NCBI GenBank assembly: GCA_028826165.1
Contig: JAPDFW010000081.1
Location: 620,001-684,000, forward strand
DNA: 64,000 nucleotides
Origin: Anaeramoeba ignava BMAN
Taxonomy: Eukaryota > Protista > Anaeramoebae
Reading direction: 5' to 3'
Shown here: positions 14,187 to 27,800 of the stretch, piece by piece
Layout of the letters: each line of letters starts with the position of its first letter
Position numbering within the stretch: the stretch's first letter is position 1
Program-made: the position numbers and the translations under genes
Notes under the pieces: model-generated
What the model was told of the DNA's origin: nothing
Databases searched by the model: none
Seen by the model: the letters and a program-made list of their open reading frames with translations, nothing else

Positions 14187-16578
14187 ATGCAAATTGATAA
14201 TAAAAATAATAAAAATAATAAAAATAATAAAAATAATAAAAATGATGTAAATGTTGAAAATATTCAAAAAATAATTAAAGAACAAATAAATAGAACACGG
14301 ATAATATTTCTACCAAATTATGGAATTCAAGATATTTATCCAGAAGATATTGAAACGTAAATTAAAAATTAAAATTAAAATTAAAAATAAAAATTAAAAT
14401 TAAAAATTAAATTTTAAAAATAAAAATTAAAATTAAAATTAAATTTAAATTTAAATTTAAATTTAAATTAAAATTAAAAAAAGGCATCAACTTTGTATCT
14501 TATCTAAAATAAATGATGAATACAAAACTGTTAAAAATCTTCAACCACCAACAAGAAGACAAAAAGATGTTAAAAGAAAGTCACCATTACCAAATTCACA
14601 AGAAAAAATTGAACAACTTATTAAAGAAAAAGAAAAAGAAAATCAAGAACAAAAACTCAAAAAAAAACAAAATGAATCAGAATATATTATTCTTCCAGAA
14701 AATATACATCCAATATCACCAAATCAAGAATTAACAAAAGAAGAAATTCAAAAATATCAAGAAGAAGAAAAAGATTATCAAAAAAGATTAAAAGTAAAAA
14801 AGCAAATTAAAGAGATAGAAGGAATAAAAAGAAGAAAAGAAAATCGGAGAAATAATTTAAATCAAAATTTAAATGGAAATATTTTGAATGAAAATTTGAA
14901 TGAAAATTTAAATGGAAATATTTTGAATGAAAATTTAAATGAAAATTTAAATCAAAATAATTTAAATCAAAATTTGAATGGAAATTTAAATCAAAATTTG
15001 AATCAAAATAATTTAAATCAAAATAACCAAATTATCCAAATTATTCAAAACAATCAAAATTTTATGGGGAATAATAATCAAAACGAAGAAACACCCAACA
15101 GCATGGCATTAATAAATTCAACACTAAATCGACAACTAGATTTTTACAACCGACTTCCAGATCCCAAATGGCATGCACCATGGAAGATCAAGCGGAGCAT
15201 ATCTGCTCACACTGGATGGGTTCAATCATTAGCAGTTGATCCAACAAACGAATGGTTTGCAAGTGGATCAGCAGATCGGACGATCAAGATATTTGATCTT
15301 GCATCAGGAAAACTTAATTTAACATTAGCAGGACATATTGCGGCTGTTCGCGGACTTGCGATCAGTCAAAATAGACCGTATCTTTTTTCTGTTGGAGAAG
15401 ACAAAATGGTGAAGTGTTGGGATCTCGAAACTAACACAGCGATCCGACACTATCACGGACATCTATCGGGTGTTTATTGTTGCGCAGTTCATCCCGAATT
15501 GGATCTTCTCTTTACTGGTTCGCGAGATGCTTCTGTGAGAGTCTGGGATATTCGTACACGAGCAGAAGTTTTTTGTCTATCCGGTCATAGTCATACTGTT
15601 TCAACTGTTTCTTCGCAAACTGGAACCCCTCAACTCATAAGTGGATCAATGGACTCAACTGTACGCACTTGGGACTTGAGAACTGGAAAAACTATCGCTA
15701 TTCTTACTCACCATAAAAAGGGTGTTCGTTCGTCTTTGTTTCATTCTTCGGAATATTCCTTTGTTACTGCTAGTAAAGATAATATTAAACATTGGAAATC
15801 TCCTGATGCTAAATTTTTGAAAAATTTTAGAGGTCATGACTCTATTGTTAATTCTCTTGCTTTAAATCAAGATAATGTTTTAGTTTCTTGTGGTAATTTT
15901 AAAATGAAATTAAAATTGAATTTATAATTTATAATTTAAATTAATATTAAAATTAAATTTATAATTTAAATTAAAATTCATTTTAAAATTAAAAATTAAA
16001 ATTAAAATTAAAATTAAATTTCGTTTTGAAATTAAAATTAATATTAAAATTAAAATTAAAATTAAAATTAAAATTAAAATTAAAATTAAAATTAAAATTA
16101 AAATTAAAATTAAAATTAAAATTAAAATTAAAATTAAAATTAAAATTAAAATTAAAATTAAAATTAAAATTAAAATCGGATAAAAAATTAAAAATTAAAA
16201 TTTAAATTAAAATTAAAATTAAAATTCGTTTTGAAATTAAAATTAAAATTAAAATTAAAATCTAAAATTAAAATTAAAATTAAAATCGGATAAAAAATTA
16301 AAATCGGATAAAAAATTAAAATAGGTGATGATGGAACACTTTACTTCTGGGATTGGTCAAGTGGATACAATTTCCAACGTACAAAAACAATTGTTCAACC
16401 AGGATCTTTAGAATTTGAAGCAGGAATATTTGCATCAGTTTTTGATATGACTGGATCAAGATTAATTACTGCAGAAGCAGATAAAACAATTAAATTTTGG
16501 GTTGAAGATGATGAAGCAAATGAAAAAACTCATCCTATTGATTGGAAACCTGTTCTTTTAAGTCGAAGAAATCTTTAG
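14187..16578 (+). CDS. PLRG1: Pleiotropic regulator 1 / Prp46 (NTC WD40 splicing factor), 3 exons
   Basis: [49 protein letters not shown]...YHGHLSGVY...|[18 protein letters not shown]...[33 protein letters not shown]. Confidence 0.95.
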
Positions 16579-16699
16579 AAATGAAATGTTTATTTTTCAT
16601 TTTTTTCTTTCCAAAAAAAAAATCAATTTAAAAAATTAAATTTAAATTTAAATCCTTATTTTTATTATTTTCATTTCATTTTTATTTTTATTTTCATTT

Positions 16700-19600
16700 T
16701 CATTGCTTTTTGGAAGATACATAATTGCAATATTGATAATAATTGGGTTTTCTAAATAATGTTTTGTTTAACGGTTGAATTTCAAATTCTGATTGTTTAT
16801 TTTTCATTTCAAAATCAGATTCTATTTGAAAATTATTTGGATTTTCTAATTGATTTTCTATTTGATTTTCAATTAAATTTTCTTTTAATTGAGAATCCTA
16901 AAAAATAAAAAAAGAAATTTAAAATCATTTCAAAAAAAAAAAACAATCAAAAAATTGAAAGTAAAATTACCACTTTTTGAAGAATTTCTTTTCTAAATCT
17001 TTTTTTCCTTTTTTCAGAAATAATTTCTTCTGAAATAATCAATCCATCTCTTATCCATAAAGCTCTATCAGCAAAATCTTTTAAATTTATATCATGAGTA
17101 ACCATTACCATTGTCATTTCTTTTTAAAATTAAATTAAAATAAAAATTAAATTAAAATAAAAAAAAGTGGAATTAGGGAATTAACACGTGTTATTTTTAA
17201 ACAAAATAAAAATAAAAATAAAAATAAAAATACTTTGATTTTTATTCAGTTCTAAAAGTCTTCTTAAAAGAATATTTGTATTTGCAGAATCAAGATCTCC
17301 TGTCTTTTTAATCAATATAAAAAAGAAGTAAATTGTTTTAATTTTTTAATTTCAAATTTCAAATTGAAAAATGAATAAAATTTACTGGTTCATCTAATAA
17401 TAATAATTCAGGAGAATTTGCAATTGCTCTTGAAATTGTTACTCTTTGTTGTTCTCCTCCTGATAATTTCGATGGAGTGTGTTTATAACGTTTTTCCATT
17501 CCAAAATGCTTTAAATATTCTTTAGCGAATTGTTTTCTTTTACTTGGAGTTTCTTTTGCTTTTAAAACCATTGGAAATTCTACATTTTCAACTGCATTCA
17601 TTATATTCATAAGATTGAATGATTGAAAAACAAAACCGATCTTATTCAATCTCATTTGAGCAAGTATTTTGTCAGGAGTTTTTGGTGATATTTTGGTACC
17701 AAAAATAGTTAATGATCCTCTTTAAAATATAAAATTATTTATAAAATTAAATATAAAATTATTTATAAAATTATTTATAAAATTATTTATAAAATTAAAT
17801 ATAAAATTATTTACAAAATTAAATATAAAATTATTTATAAAATTAAATATAAAATTTATTTATAAAATTAAATATAAAATTATATATAAAATTATTTATA
17901 AAATTATTTATAAAATTAATTATTAAAATTATTTATAAAATTAAATATAAAATTATTTATAAAATTATATATAAAATTAAATATAAAATTATTTATAAAA
18001 TTAAATATATATATATAAAAATTATATATAAAATTAAATATAAAATTATATATAAAATTATATATAAAATTTTATTTATAAAATTAAATATAAAATTATT
18101 TATTAAATTATTTATAAAATTATTTATAAAATTATTTATAAAAATTATTTATAAAATTATTTATAAAATTATTTATAAAATTATTTATAAAATTATTTAT
18201 AAAATTATTTATTAAAATTAAATATAAAATTATTTATAAAATTATTTAAAAAAATTATTTATAAAATTATTTATAAAAATTTATTTTAAATTAAATAAAA
18301 ATTATATATAAAATTAAATATAAAATTATATATAAAATATTTTTATTAAATTATTTATAAAAATTATTTATAAAATTAATATAAAATTAAATATAAAATT
18401 ATTTATAAAAAAATATAAAATTATTTATAAAATTATATATAAAATTATATATATAAAATTATTTATAAAATTATTTATAAAATTAATTATAAAATTATTT
18501 ATAAAATTATTTATAAAAATTTATAAAATTATTTATAAAAATTAAATATAAAATTATTTATAAAATTATTTATAAAATTATTTATAAAATTATTTTATAA
18601 AATTAAAAATTAAATTATTTATAAAATTATTTATAAAATTATTTATATAATTATTTTATTAAATTATTTATAAAAATTATTTATATAATTATTTATTAAA
18701 TTATTTTATAAAATTATTTATAAAATTATTTATAAAATTATTTATAAAATTATTTAATACTCTTCTAAGAATTATTTATAAAATTATTTATAAAATTATT
18801 TATAAAATTATTTATAAAATTATTTATAAAATTATTTATAAAATTATTTATAAAATTATTTATAAAATTATTTTATAAAATTATTTATAAAATTATTTAT
18901 AAAATTATTTATAAAATTATTTATAAAATTATTTATAAAATTATTTATAAAATTATATATAAAAAATTTATAAAATTATATATAAAAAATTAATTATAAA
19001 ATTATTTATAAAAATTAAAATTATAAAATTATTTTTATAAAATTAATTATAAAATAAATATAAAATTATTTATAAAATTAAATATAAAATTAAATATAAA
19101 ATTAAATATAAAATTATTTATAAAAAATTAATAAAATTATTAATAAAATTATTTATAAAATTAAATATAAAATTAAAATATAAAATTATTTACAAAATTA
19201 AATATAAAAATTAAATATAAAATTATTTATAAAATTATTTATAAAATTAAATATAAAATTATTTTATAAAATTAAATATAAAATTATATATAAAATTATT
19301 TATAAAATTATTTATAAAATTATTTATAAAATTATTTATAAAAATATAAAATTATTTTATAAAATTAAATATAAAATTATTTATAAAATTATTTATAATA
19401 TTATTTATAAAATTATTTATAAAATTAAATATAAAATTATTTTATAAAAATTATTTATAAAATTATTTATAAAATTATATATAAAATTAAATATAAAATT
19501 AAATATAAAATTAAATATAAAAATAAATATAAAATTAAATATAAAATTATTTTATAAAAATTAAATATAAAATTATTTATAAAATTATTTATAAAAATTA

Positions 19601-20717
19601 AATATAAAATTTATTTATAAAATTATTTATAAAATTATTAATAAAATTAATTATAAAATTATTTTATAAAATTAAATATAAAAATTTATTTATAAAATTA
19701 TTTATAAAATTATTTATAAAATTAATTATAAAAATTAAATATAAAATTATTTATAAAATTATTTATAAAATTATTTATAAAATTATTTATAAAATTATTT
19801 AAAAAATTATTTATAAAAATTATTTATAAAATTATTTATAAAATTATTTATAAAATTATTAATAAAATTAATTATAAAATTAATTATAAAATTATTTATA
19901 AAATTATTTATAAAATTATTTATAAAATTAAATATAAAATTATTTATAAAATTATTTATAAAATTATTTATAAAATTAAATATAAAATTATTTATAAAAT
20001 TATTTATAAAAATTATTTATAAAATTATTTATAAAATTATTTATAAAAAAATTAAAAATTAAAAATAATTTATTTACAAAATTAAATATAAAATTATTTA
20101 TAAAATTATTTATAATATTATTTATAAAATTATTTATAAAATTATTTATAAAATTATTTATATAATTATTTATAAAATTAAATATAAAATTATATATAAA
20201 ATTATTTATAAAATTAAATATAAAATTATTTATAAAATATATAAAATTATTTATAAAATTATTTATAAAATTGATGGTAAATTTGTTTTTGATTGTAAAA
20301 ATAAAAGTTTGAAATTTTTTAGAAAAAGAATTTATACTTTGTTGGACTATCAATTGTTCCAATAATATTAAGTAGAGTTGTTTTTCCCGAACCAGATTTT
20401 CCATAAATAACAACAAACTCACCTCTTTTAATATTTAAAGAAACACCTCTTAAAGCAGCAAAACCTTCAGTTCCAATTAAATAAGTTTTATGAACATTTT
20501 TTATTGAAACAATATAATCTTTTGATTTATTTTTTTCTTCTTGATGATTTGATTTTTGAGATTGAACTAATGGAGTTTTTTCATTTATTAACAATTTATT
20601 AAAATTTTCATTTTCATTTTCATTTTCATTTTGATTTTCATTTTCATTTTCAATATCAATATCAATATTAATGTTTAAATCAAGTTCTTTTTCTTGATAT
20701 TGTTGATTTAAACTCAT
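16700..20717 (-). CDS. Stand-alone ABC ATPase of the LolD/MacB/FtsE-like class (Dictyostelium AbcH-like), 5 exons
   Basis: Walker [35 protein letters not shown]|TGDLDS, MVTHD; no transmembrane domain; 2.6-kb satellite-filled first intron. Confidence 0.88.
17725..20272. repeat. 2.5-kb intronic 12-mer satellite (AAAATTATTTAT / AAAATTAAATAT)
   Basis: Directly visible; almost pure A/T. Confidence 0.95.
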
Positions 20718-20998
20718 TTGGATTATTTTGTTAAAAAAAAAATGAAAAATGAAAAAATTAATTTTGGATTAAATTTTGAAAATTTTTTTTTTTAAAATAA
20801 TCCAAATGAATTTTCAATCATTTTGATTACAATAAAGATTGATAAAATCAATTGAGTTTCACTATTAATATTGATTAAACAATCAAAATCAAAATCAAAT
20901 GGATAATTTCCAAAAAAAAAAAAGATTTGAAAATCATCAACTTTTTTCAAAGAAAAAAAAGAAACAAAAACAAAAACAGAAACAAAAAAGAAACCCAA

Positions 20999-23860
20999 TT
21001 ATAAAACAAATATATTAATTCCATCAATAAAATCTTCTGTGATAATTTCAAGGGAACAATTTCTATTAGATTTTAAGTGAGTTTTAGTTCCAGTTTTCTT
21101 ATTTAAGATTGACAATTTGCACGAAGCAAGCTCAGTTACCAAACAATTTGCACTATTTTCAAGGGAATCTGAGCAACCCAAAGCAACAAAGAGGTTATTA
21201 TTTGCGAAGAACTTCCCATGTATTTTTGATTTATGAGTCTCTGTCTGGAATTCCCAGACGTATTTTTTGCGAATAAATGAGGATTTTGAATGAGCTTGAT
21301 TTCCGCGATATAAAGAATTAGCGCGATAAATAATTCCATTGTGATGCAGAACCAATAAGAGGATCTTCTGCATCCGGCACGCGACAGAGACTGTTGTAAA
21401 AGTTACTTCGAGATGGGATTTACGGTGCTTGCCAAACCCCGTCACTTGTCCCCATGCTTGTTCGTGTGCAAAAAATTTTCCCCATGAATGAGTTTGTGAT
21501 CCAATCCATCCATCAATTGATATCTCTGTTTCGTTGTATAAAACAACACCGCCAAATTCTGCTAATGGGGACGGTGTGACACACACATTCGGGAAATTTT
21601 TCGAATTTGTATAGAATAATTCTTCGAATAAAAAAACGGGAGAATTTTGTGTTGTAAATGATAAATCCCACTCAAATTTATGTGATTCTTTTCCGTTTTT
21701 TTTAACAAAAAATCCCTTCGGTTCATGGAAATTCCCGTTGATCTCATGCTTGTCTTGCGAGATCACCGACTCGTTATCGAGCTCAGTGTCCGTGTTCTTG
21801 TTAATTAGAAGATCCGTTTCTGAAATTGAATCTTCAAGTTGTTCGTCTTCTGTTAAATCGGAATTTTCTTTGTTTGTAGAAATCCCTAGCTCGATATCCA
21901 GTCCCTTCATTGCGCGCGGGATGATATCCGCCAAATCTTCAAACTCAAGAAACCCCACGCCTTCAGTGTTTTTCATGCTGCCTGAAGCGCCAATCGAAGA
22001 CATCTTTGACTCGCCCAAAGAAATGTCAAATTTTCTCTTCATTGATTTTATTTTCTTTTCAGAGATCTTCTGTCTGATCACAATATGTTTTTTCGTCATC
22101 CTTTTTTATCACGAGAAGAAACCACGCGGTAAAAGTAGCGAATACGAATGATAAAAGCGCAGAACCAAATGATCGCATCAAGTCGAAAATTACCGATCAA
22201 CGAAAATGCATTTTTTGTCGACGCAATTTATATTTAATAAACAATATTTTGGTTAGTTTTGGATGGAAATTCTATGAGTATTTGTGTTGTGTGTTTGTTA
22301 TCACAAGATATATTATCAAGAAGCATACCCTGAAAAGATGATTCCCCAAGTCTCGCCCCATTTGGAATTTTTTTTGGAAGAAATCATGAGGTATTTCAGC
22401 CATATTGCGATGGGTTGAGTAGGATGGTGCGCGTGTAAAATGTAGCTTTCGAACACCTGATGTTGAGATTTTGGATTCGGATTTGATTCGTAGTGTGTAT
22501 TATTGGATAATTCTCTGAGACGATAATTTTGATTTGAACTGAATACGCTTTCATCTGAAGAATAAAGATCAGGAAGATCTTCACCTTCTCGATCTTTTTT
22601 GTTTGCAAGATACACTATGAATATTTCACTGATTGAGAAGATCACTGTTATTCCAAGCAGCACGTCTTGGAATAGATAATTTAGTGGTGATTTTTTTAAG
22701 TAAAATATTGCTTTCCAAACTGATGCTAATGTTGAAATTATACTCAAAACTACAACTGGTATAATTGATCTTCTTAATGTTACTAAATAGAATATTAAAG
22801 AAAAAAGTACTCGAGCAATTGACAGCAACTTATTTATTTTTTATTTTTATTTTAATTTTAATTTTATAAATGAATTTTAATTTTCGAATTGAATTTTAAT
22901 TTGAATTTTAATTTTAATTTTAATTTTAATTATAATTTTAAATTTAATTTTGATATTAAATTTTAATTTTAATATTGAATTTAATTTGAATTTTAATTTT
23001 AATTTTGAATTTTATATTGAATTTGAATTTTGATTTGAATTTTAATTATAATTTTTAATTTTAATTTTAATTATAATTTTTAATTTTAATTTCATTTATA
23101 ATTTTAATTTGAATTTTAATTTTGAATTAGATTTTAATATTGAATTTGAATTTTGAATTAGAATTTAATTTTGAATTAAATTTTAATTTTAATATTAATT
23201 TTAATTTTAATTTTATAAATGAATTTTAATTTTAATTATAATTTTAATTTTAATTTAAATATTTGAATTTAATTTTGATTTTTAATTTAATTTAATTTTA
23301 ATTTTAATTTTAATATTGAATTTAATTTTAATTATAATTTTAATTTGAATTTTAATTTTAATTTAATTTTAATTTGAATTTAATTATAATATTTAATTTT
23401 AATTATAATTTGAATTAGAATTTGAATTTTAATTTTAATTTTAATATTAATATTAATATTGAATTTTATTTTGATTTTGAATTAAAAAAAAATAATTTTA
23501 ATAAAACATAATCCAACATCATAATTTTTAGAAATTTAATCAATTGATTCATTAATAAAAAAAAATAATATAAAATTAATACAAAATAATATAAAATAAA
23601 TGATAAAAAAAAATCGAAAATAAAAATTTTTTAAAAAAATAATTTGAATAAAAATAAATAAATATAAAAAAGGAGATAAAATAGAGTAATAATTTTTTTA
23701 CAACAAGATCGATAACAGAATTTTTAATTGAATATTCATGAGTTTCATGATTTAAAAACCCACGAATATCTGAATATCCGCTAAATAAAAAAAAAGTAAT
23801 TGTTAGAACAAAATCTAATGTCAAAGTTAGAATAAGAGTTTTTTTAAATTGAAGAAACAT
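20999..23860 (-). CDS. ~586-aa protein: N-terminal MENTAL-like 4-TM domain + bacterial-type tocopherol-cyclase/AttH-like beta domain; exons 23860-23702, 22828-22329, 22100-20999
   Basis: Phase-consistent GT-AG joins. N-terminus (LTLDFVLT...HEYSIKNSVIDLV|LLSIARV...LRRSIIPVVVLSIISTLASVWKA) resembles the STARD3 MENTAL domain. C-terminus (ESYILHAHHPTQPIAIWLKY...WDLSF...IDGWIGSQTHSWG...AWGQVTGF...SLEIITE) resembles uncharacterised bacterial cyclase-like proteins. Confidence 0.7.
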
Positions 23861-24148
23861 CTGTTGTTTTTATTATTGTTTTTAAATTGACGAAATAAAT
23901 TTTTTTGATTTTTATTTTTTGTTTGTTTTTTATTTTTGAAATGAAAAAAAAATGATTTTCAAAAAAAAAATTTTTTCTTTTTCGCTTTTTTTTTCTTTTA
24001 TTTTTTTTCTCTTTCTTTATTTCAAAAAATATAATTATTAAATACTATTCTCCTAATAAAAACAAAAGAGGAGAGCTTTAAAAAAAAGGAAATTTTTGCT
24101 TTTTGGATATTTCTTTTATTTAATCCTTTTTTGAAAAACAAAAGGAAT

Positions 24149-24890
24149 TTTGATTTAAATTTGATTTAATTTTGATTTAAAATTGATTTAATTTTGATTT
24201 AATTTTGATTTAATTTTGATTTAATTTTGATTTAAATTTGATTTAAATTTGATTTAATTTTGATTTAAATTTGATTTAAAATTGATTTAAAATTGATTTA
24301 AAATTGATTTAAATTTGATTTAAATTTGATTTAATTTTGATTTAAAATTGATTTAATTTTGATTTAAATTTGATTTAATTTTGATTTAATTTTGATTTAA
24401 AATTGATTTAATTTTGATTTAAAATTGATTTAATTTTGATTTAAAATTGATTTAATTTTGATTTAATTTTGATTTAATTTTGATTTAAATTTGATATAAA
24501 TTTGATTTAATTTTGATTTAATTTTGATTTAAATTTGATTTAAATTTGATTTAAATTTGATTTAAATTTGATTTAAATTTGATTTAAATTTGATTTAAAT
24601 TTGATTTAAATTTGATTTAATTTTGATTTAAATTTGATTTAATTTTGATTTAATTTTGATTTAAAATTGATTTAATTTTGATTTAATTTTGATTTAATTT
24701 TGATTTAATTTTGATTTAATTTTGATTTAATTTTGATTTAATTTTGATTTAATTTGATTTAATTTTGATTTAATTTTGATTTAATTTTGATTTAATTTTG
24801 ATTTAATTTTGATTTAATTTTGATTTAATTTTGATTTAAATTTGATTTAAATTTGATTTGATTTTGATTTAATTTTGATTTAATTTTGAT
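24149..24890. repeat. 11-mer satellite (TTTGATTTAA[A/T])n at the 3' end of BTB-ARM copy 2
   Basis: Directly visible; overlaps the last codons and stop of the gene. Confidence 0.95.
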
Positions 24891-27800
24891 TTGATTGTTG
24901 ATTTGATTGATTTGATTGATTTGTGGATTATTCTTTTTTCTTCTTCTGCGATTATTTCGTTTTTTCTTTGATGGAGATTGGTTTTGTTGAGATTGGTTTT
25001 GTTGAGATTGGCTTAGTTGAAATTGATTTAGTTGAAATGATTGATTTTGTTGAAATGATTGATTTTGTTGAAATGATTGACTTCTTTGAAGTGATTGACT
25101 TCTTTCTTGATATTCATTAATTTCAATTTTTTTTATAAGTGACCATACCCTTTTTATCTTTTCCAAAGTTTTATTTTGTTGGTAACTATAACTAAAACTT
25201 AAATAATCATTTACATTATAAATAATTTTCAGAAAAAAGTGGATCAAAAAAAAAATTTTTTTACATTAGTTTAGATTTTGTTTTCATTTCTTGAATTGTC
25301 TCTTTTCCAATTATTCTAACAATTTCTTTTTTGTGCTCTAATTTTTGTTTTAGTTTTTATTTTTTAGTTTTTGTTTTTTTGTTTTTTTGTTTTGAGATTA
25401 AATAATTTTTGGATAAGTTTAATACTTAAAGAAGTTTTTGCAAGATTAAATAAAAGACAAAATATTTGGAATGTGGCCTTGGTTATTCCTTGATTATTTA
25501 ATATGCGTTGAATCATTTCTAATCCATTAGAATCAAGAAATTGAAAAGCATTTTCTAATTTTGGTTATTTCATTGTTGATTTATTTTTATTATTAATTTA
25601 ATTTAATTTAATTTAATTTAATTTAATAATTTTTTGGAAAGTACTTTTATTCTTAAATGTAGCATTTGATAGAATTTCAAATCCACACAATTTAATTTCT
25701 TCAGAATCATTAAAATTATTTAGAGTTGCGATAACTATCTGAATTCCATTAAATTTTCTGAAATATTCTTGTTCACTTGCTATTTTGAAATTGAAATTGA
25801 AATTTTAATTTTGATTTTGATTTTGATTTTAATTTTAATTTAGATTTTGATTTAGATTTAGATTTTGAAATAGATTTTGAAATTGAAATTGAAATTTTAA
25901 TTTTAATTTTAATTTTGATTTTGATTTTGATTTAGATTTTGAAATTGATTTTGATTTTGATTTAGATTTTGATTTAGATTTTGAATTTGATTTTGAAATT
26001 GATTTTGATTTTAATTTTGATTTAGATTTTGTTTTTGATTTTAATTTTGTTTTTGATTTAAATTTTGTTTAAATCACCTTGACTTTGTCGAAAATAAAAT
26101 TGAAAAATTTCAAATGTTTTTTCGATTAATACTTTATAATTTGAGAGTAATTTTAATGATTGGATTAAAATTCCAAAATAATCTTTAGCATCTTTTGGTG
26201 ATTGTGTTTTTTTTCTTTCTGAAAGAAATAATAAGATTAATTCTTAATTAAAAAAAAAAAGGATTTTTTGGATTTTTTTGGAAATTTTTTTTACTTATTT
26301 TATCTTGTAATATTCTCCAAAGAATATTTATTCCATATATATAAATATTTCGATTATTTGGAAAGTTTTCCATTTGATCTTTTAATCTTTCTTTTGTAAA
26401 ACATTTTTTAAATTTTTGTAAACTTACTAAATATAATAATAATTTTTAATAAATTTTTTTCTTTTTGAAATTATTTGTAATGAACAAAAAAAAATTTACA
26501 ATTTCCTTTTACGGAGGTTGCTAAAAATTTAAGACCAAATTCAGTAATTTTTTCAGAATTTTTAAAAGATTGTATTTTTCGGAAAAGTTGATTTATTTCT
26601 CGTTTTTCTATTTTTTAATTTTGAATTTTTAATCAATTATTTAATTAGATGATTTGTAAGAATTGATTTTGTTTTTCATTTACCTGAAGGTAATCCATCA
26701 TGTAAATACAAATTCAAATCTAAATCTAAATCAAAATCTAAATCTAAATCTGAATCTGAATCTGAATCTGAATCTGTTATTATTTGAATTTAATTTTTTT
26801 GAATTGAATTATTTTTATTATTTGAATTATTTTTATTTGAGATAATTTTTTACACTTAAATTTCATTTTGGTTTTGTTTAATTCTCCAGTTACTAATTTT
26901 TTTGGAATTGAATTTTTTTGGAATTGAATTTTTTTGGAATTGAATTTTTGATTTAATTTGTTAAATTTAATTTGTTTGATTTAATTTGTTAAATTTAATT
27001 TGTTTGATTTAATTTGTTTAATTTAATTTGTTTGATTTAATTTGTTTGATTTAATTTGTTTGATTTAATTTGTTTGATTTAATTTGTTTGAATTTAATTT
27101 GTTTAATTTAATTTGTTTGAATTTAATTTGTTTGGTTTAATTTGTTTGATTTAATTTGTTTGATTTAATTTGTTTAATTTAATTTGTTTGGAATTTAATT
27201 TGTTTAATTTAATTTGTTTGATTTAATTTTTTTGATTTAATTTTTTTGATTTAATTTGTTTGATTTTAATTTGTTTGATTTAATTTGTTTGATTTAATTT
27301 GTTTGATTTAATTTGTTTGATTTAATTTGTTTGATTTAATTTGTTTGATTTAATTTGTTTGATTTAATTTGTTTAATTTAATTTGTTTGATTTAATTTGT
27401 TTGATTTAATTTGTTTGATTTAATTTGTTTGATTTAATTTGTTTGATTTAATTTGTTTGAATTTAATTTGTTTGATTTAATTTGTTTGATTTAATTTGTT
27501 TGATTTAATTTGTTTGATTTAATTTGTTTGAAATTTAATTTGTTTGATTTAATTTGTTTTAATTTAATTTGTTTGATTTTAATTTGATTTAATTTGTTTG
27601 ATTTAATTTGTTTGATTTAATTTGTTTGATTTAATTTGTTTGATTTAATTTGTTTGATTTAATTTTTTTGATTTAATTTGTTTGATTTAATTTGTTTAAT
27701 TTAATTTGTTAAATTTAATTTGTTTGATTTAATTTGTTTGATTTAATTTGTTTGATTTGATTTGTTTAATTTGATTTGTTTGATTTAATTTGTTTAATTT

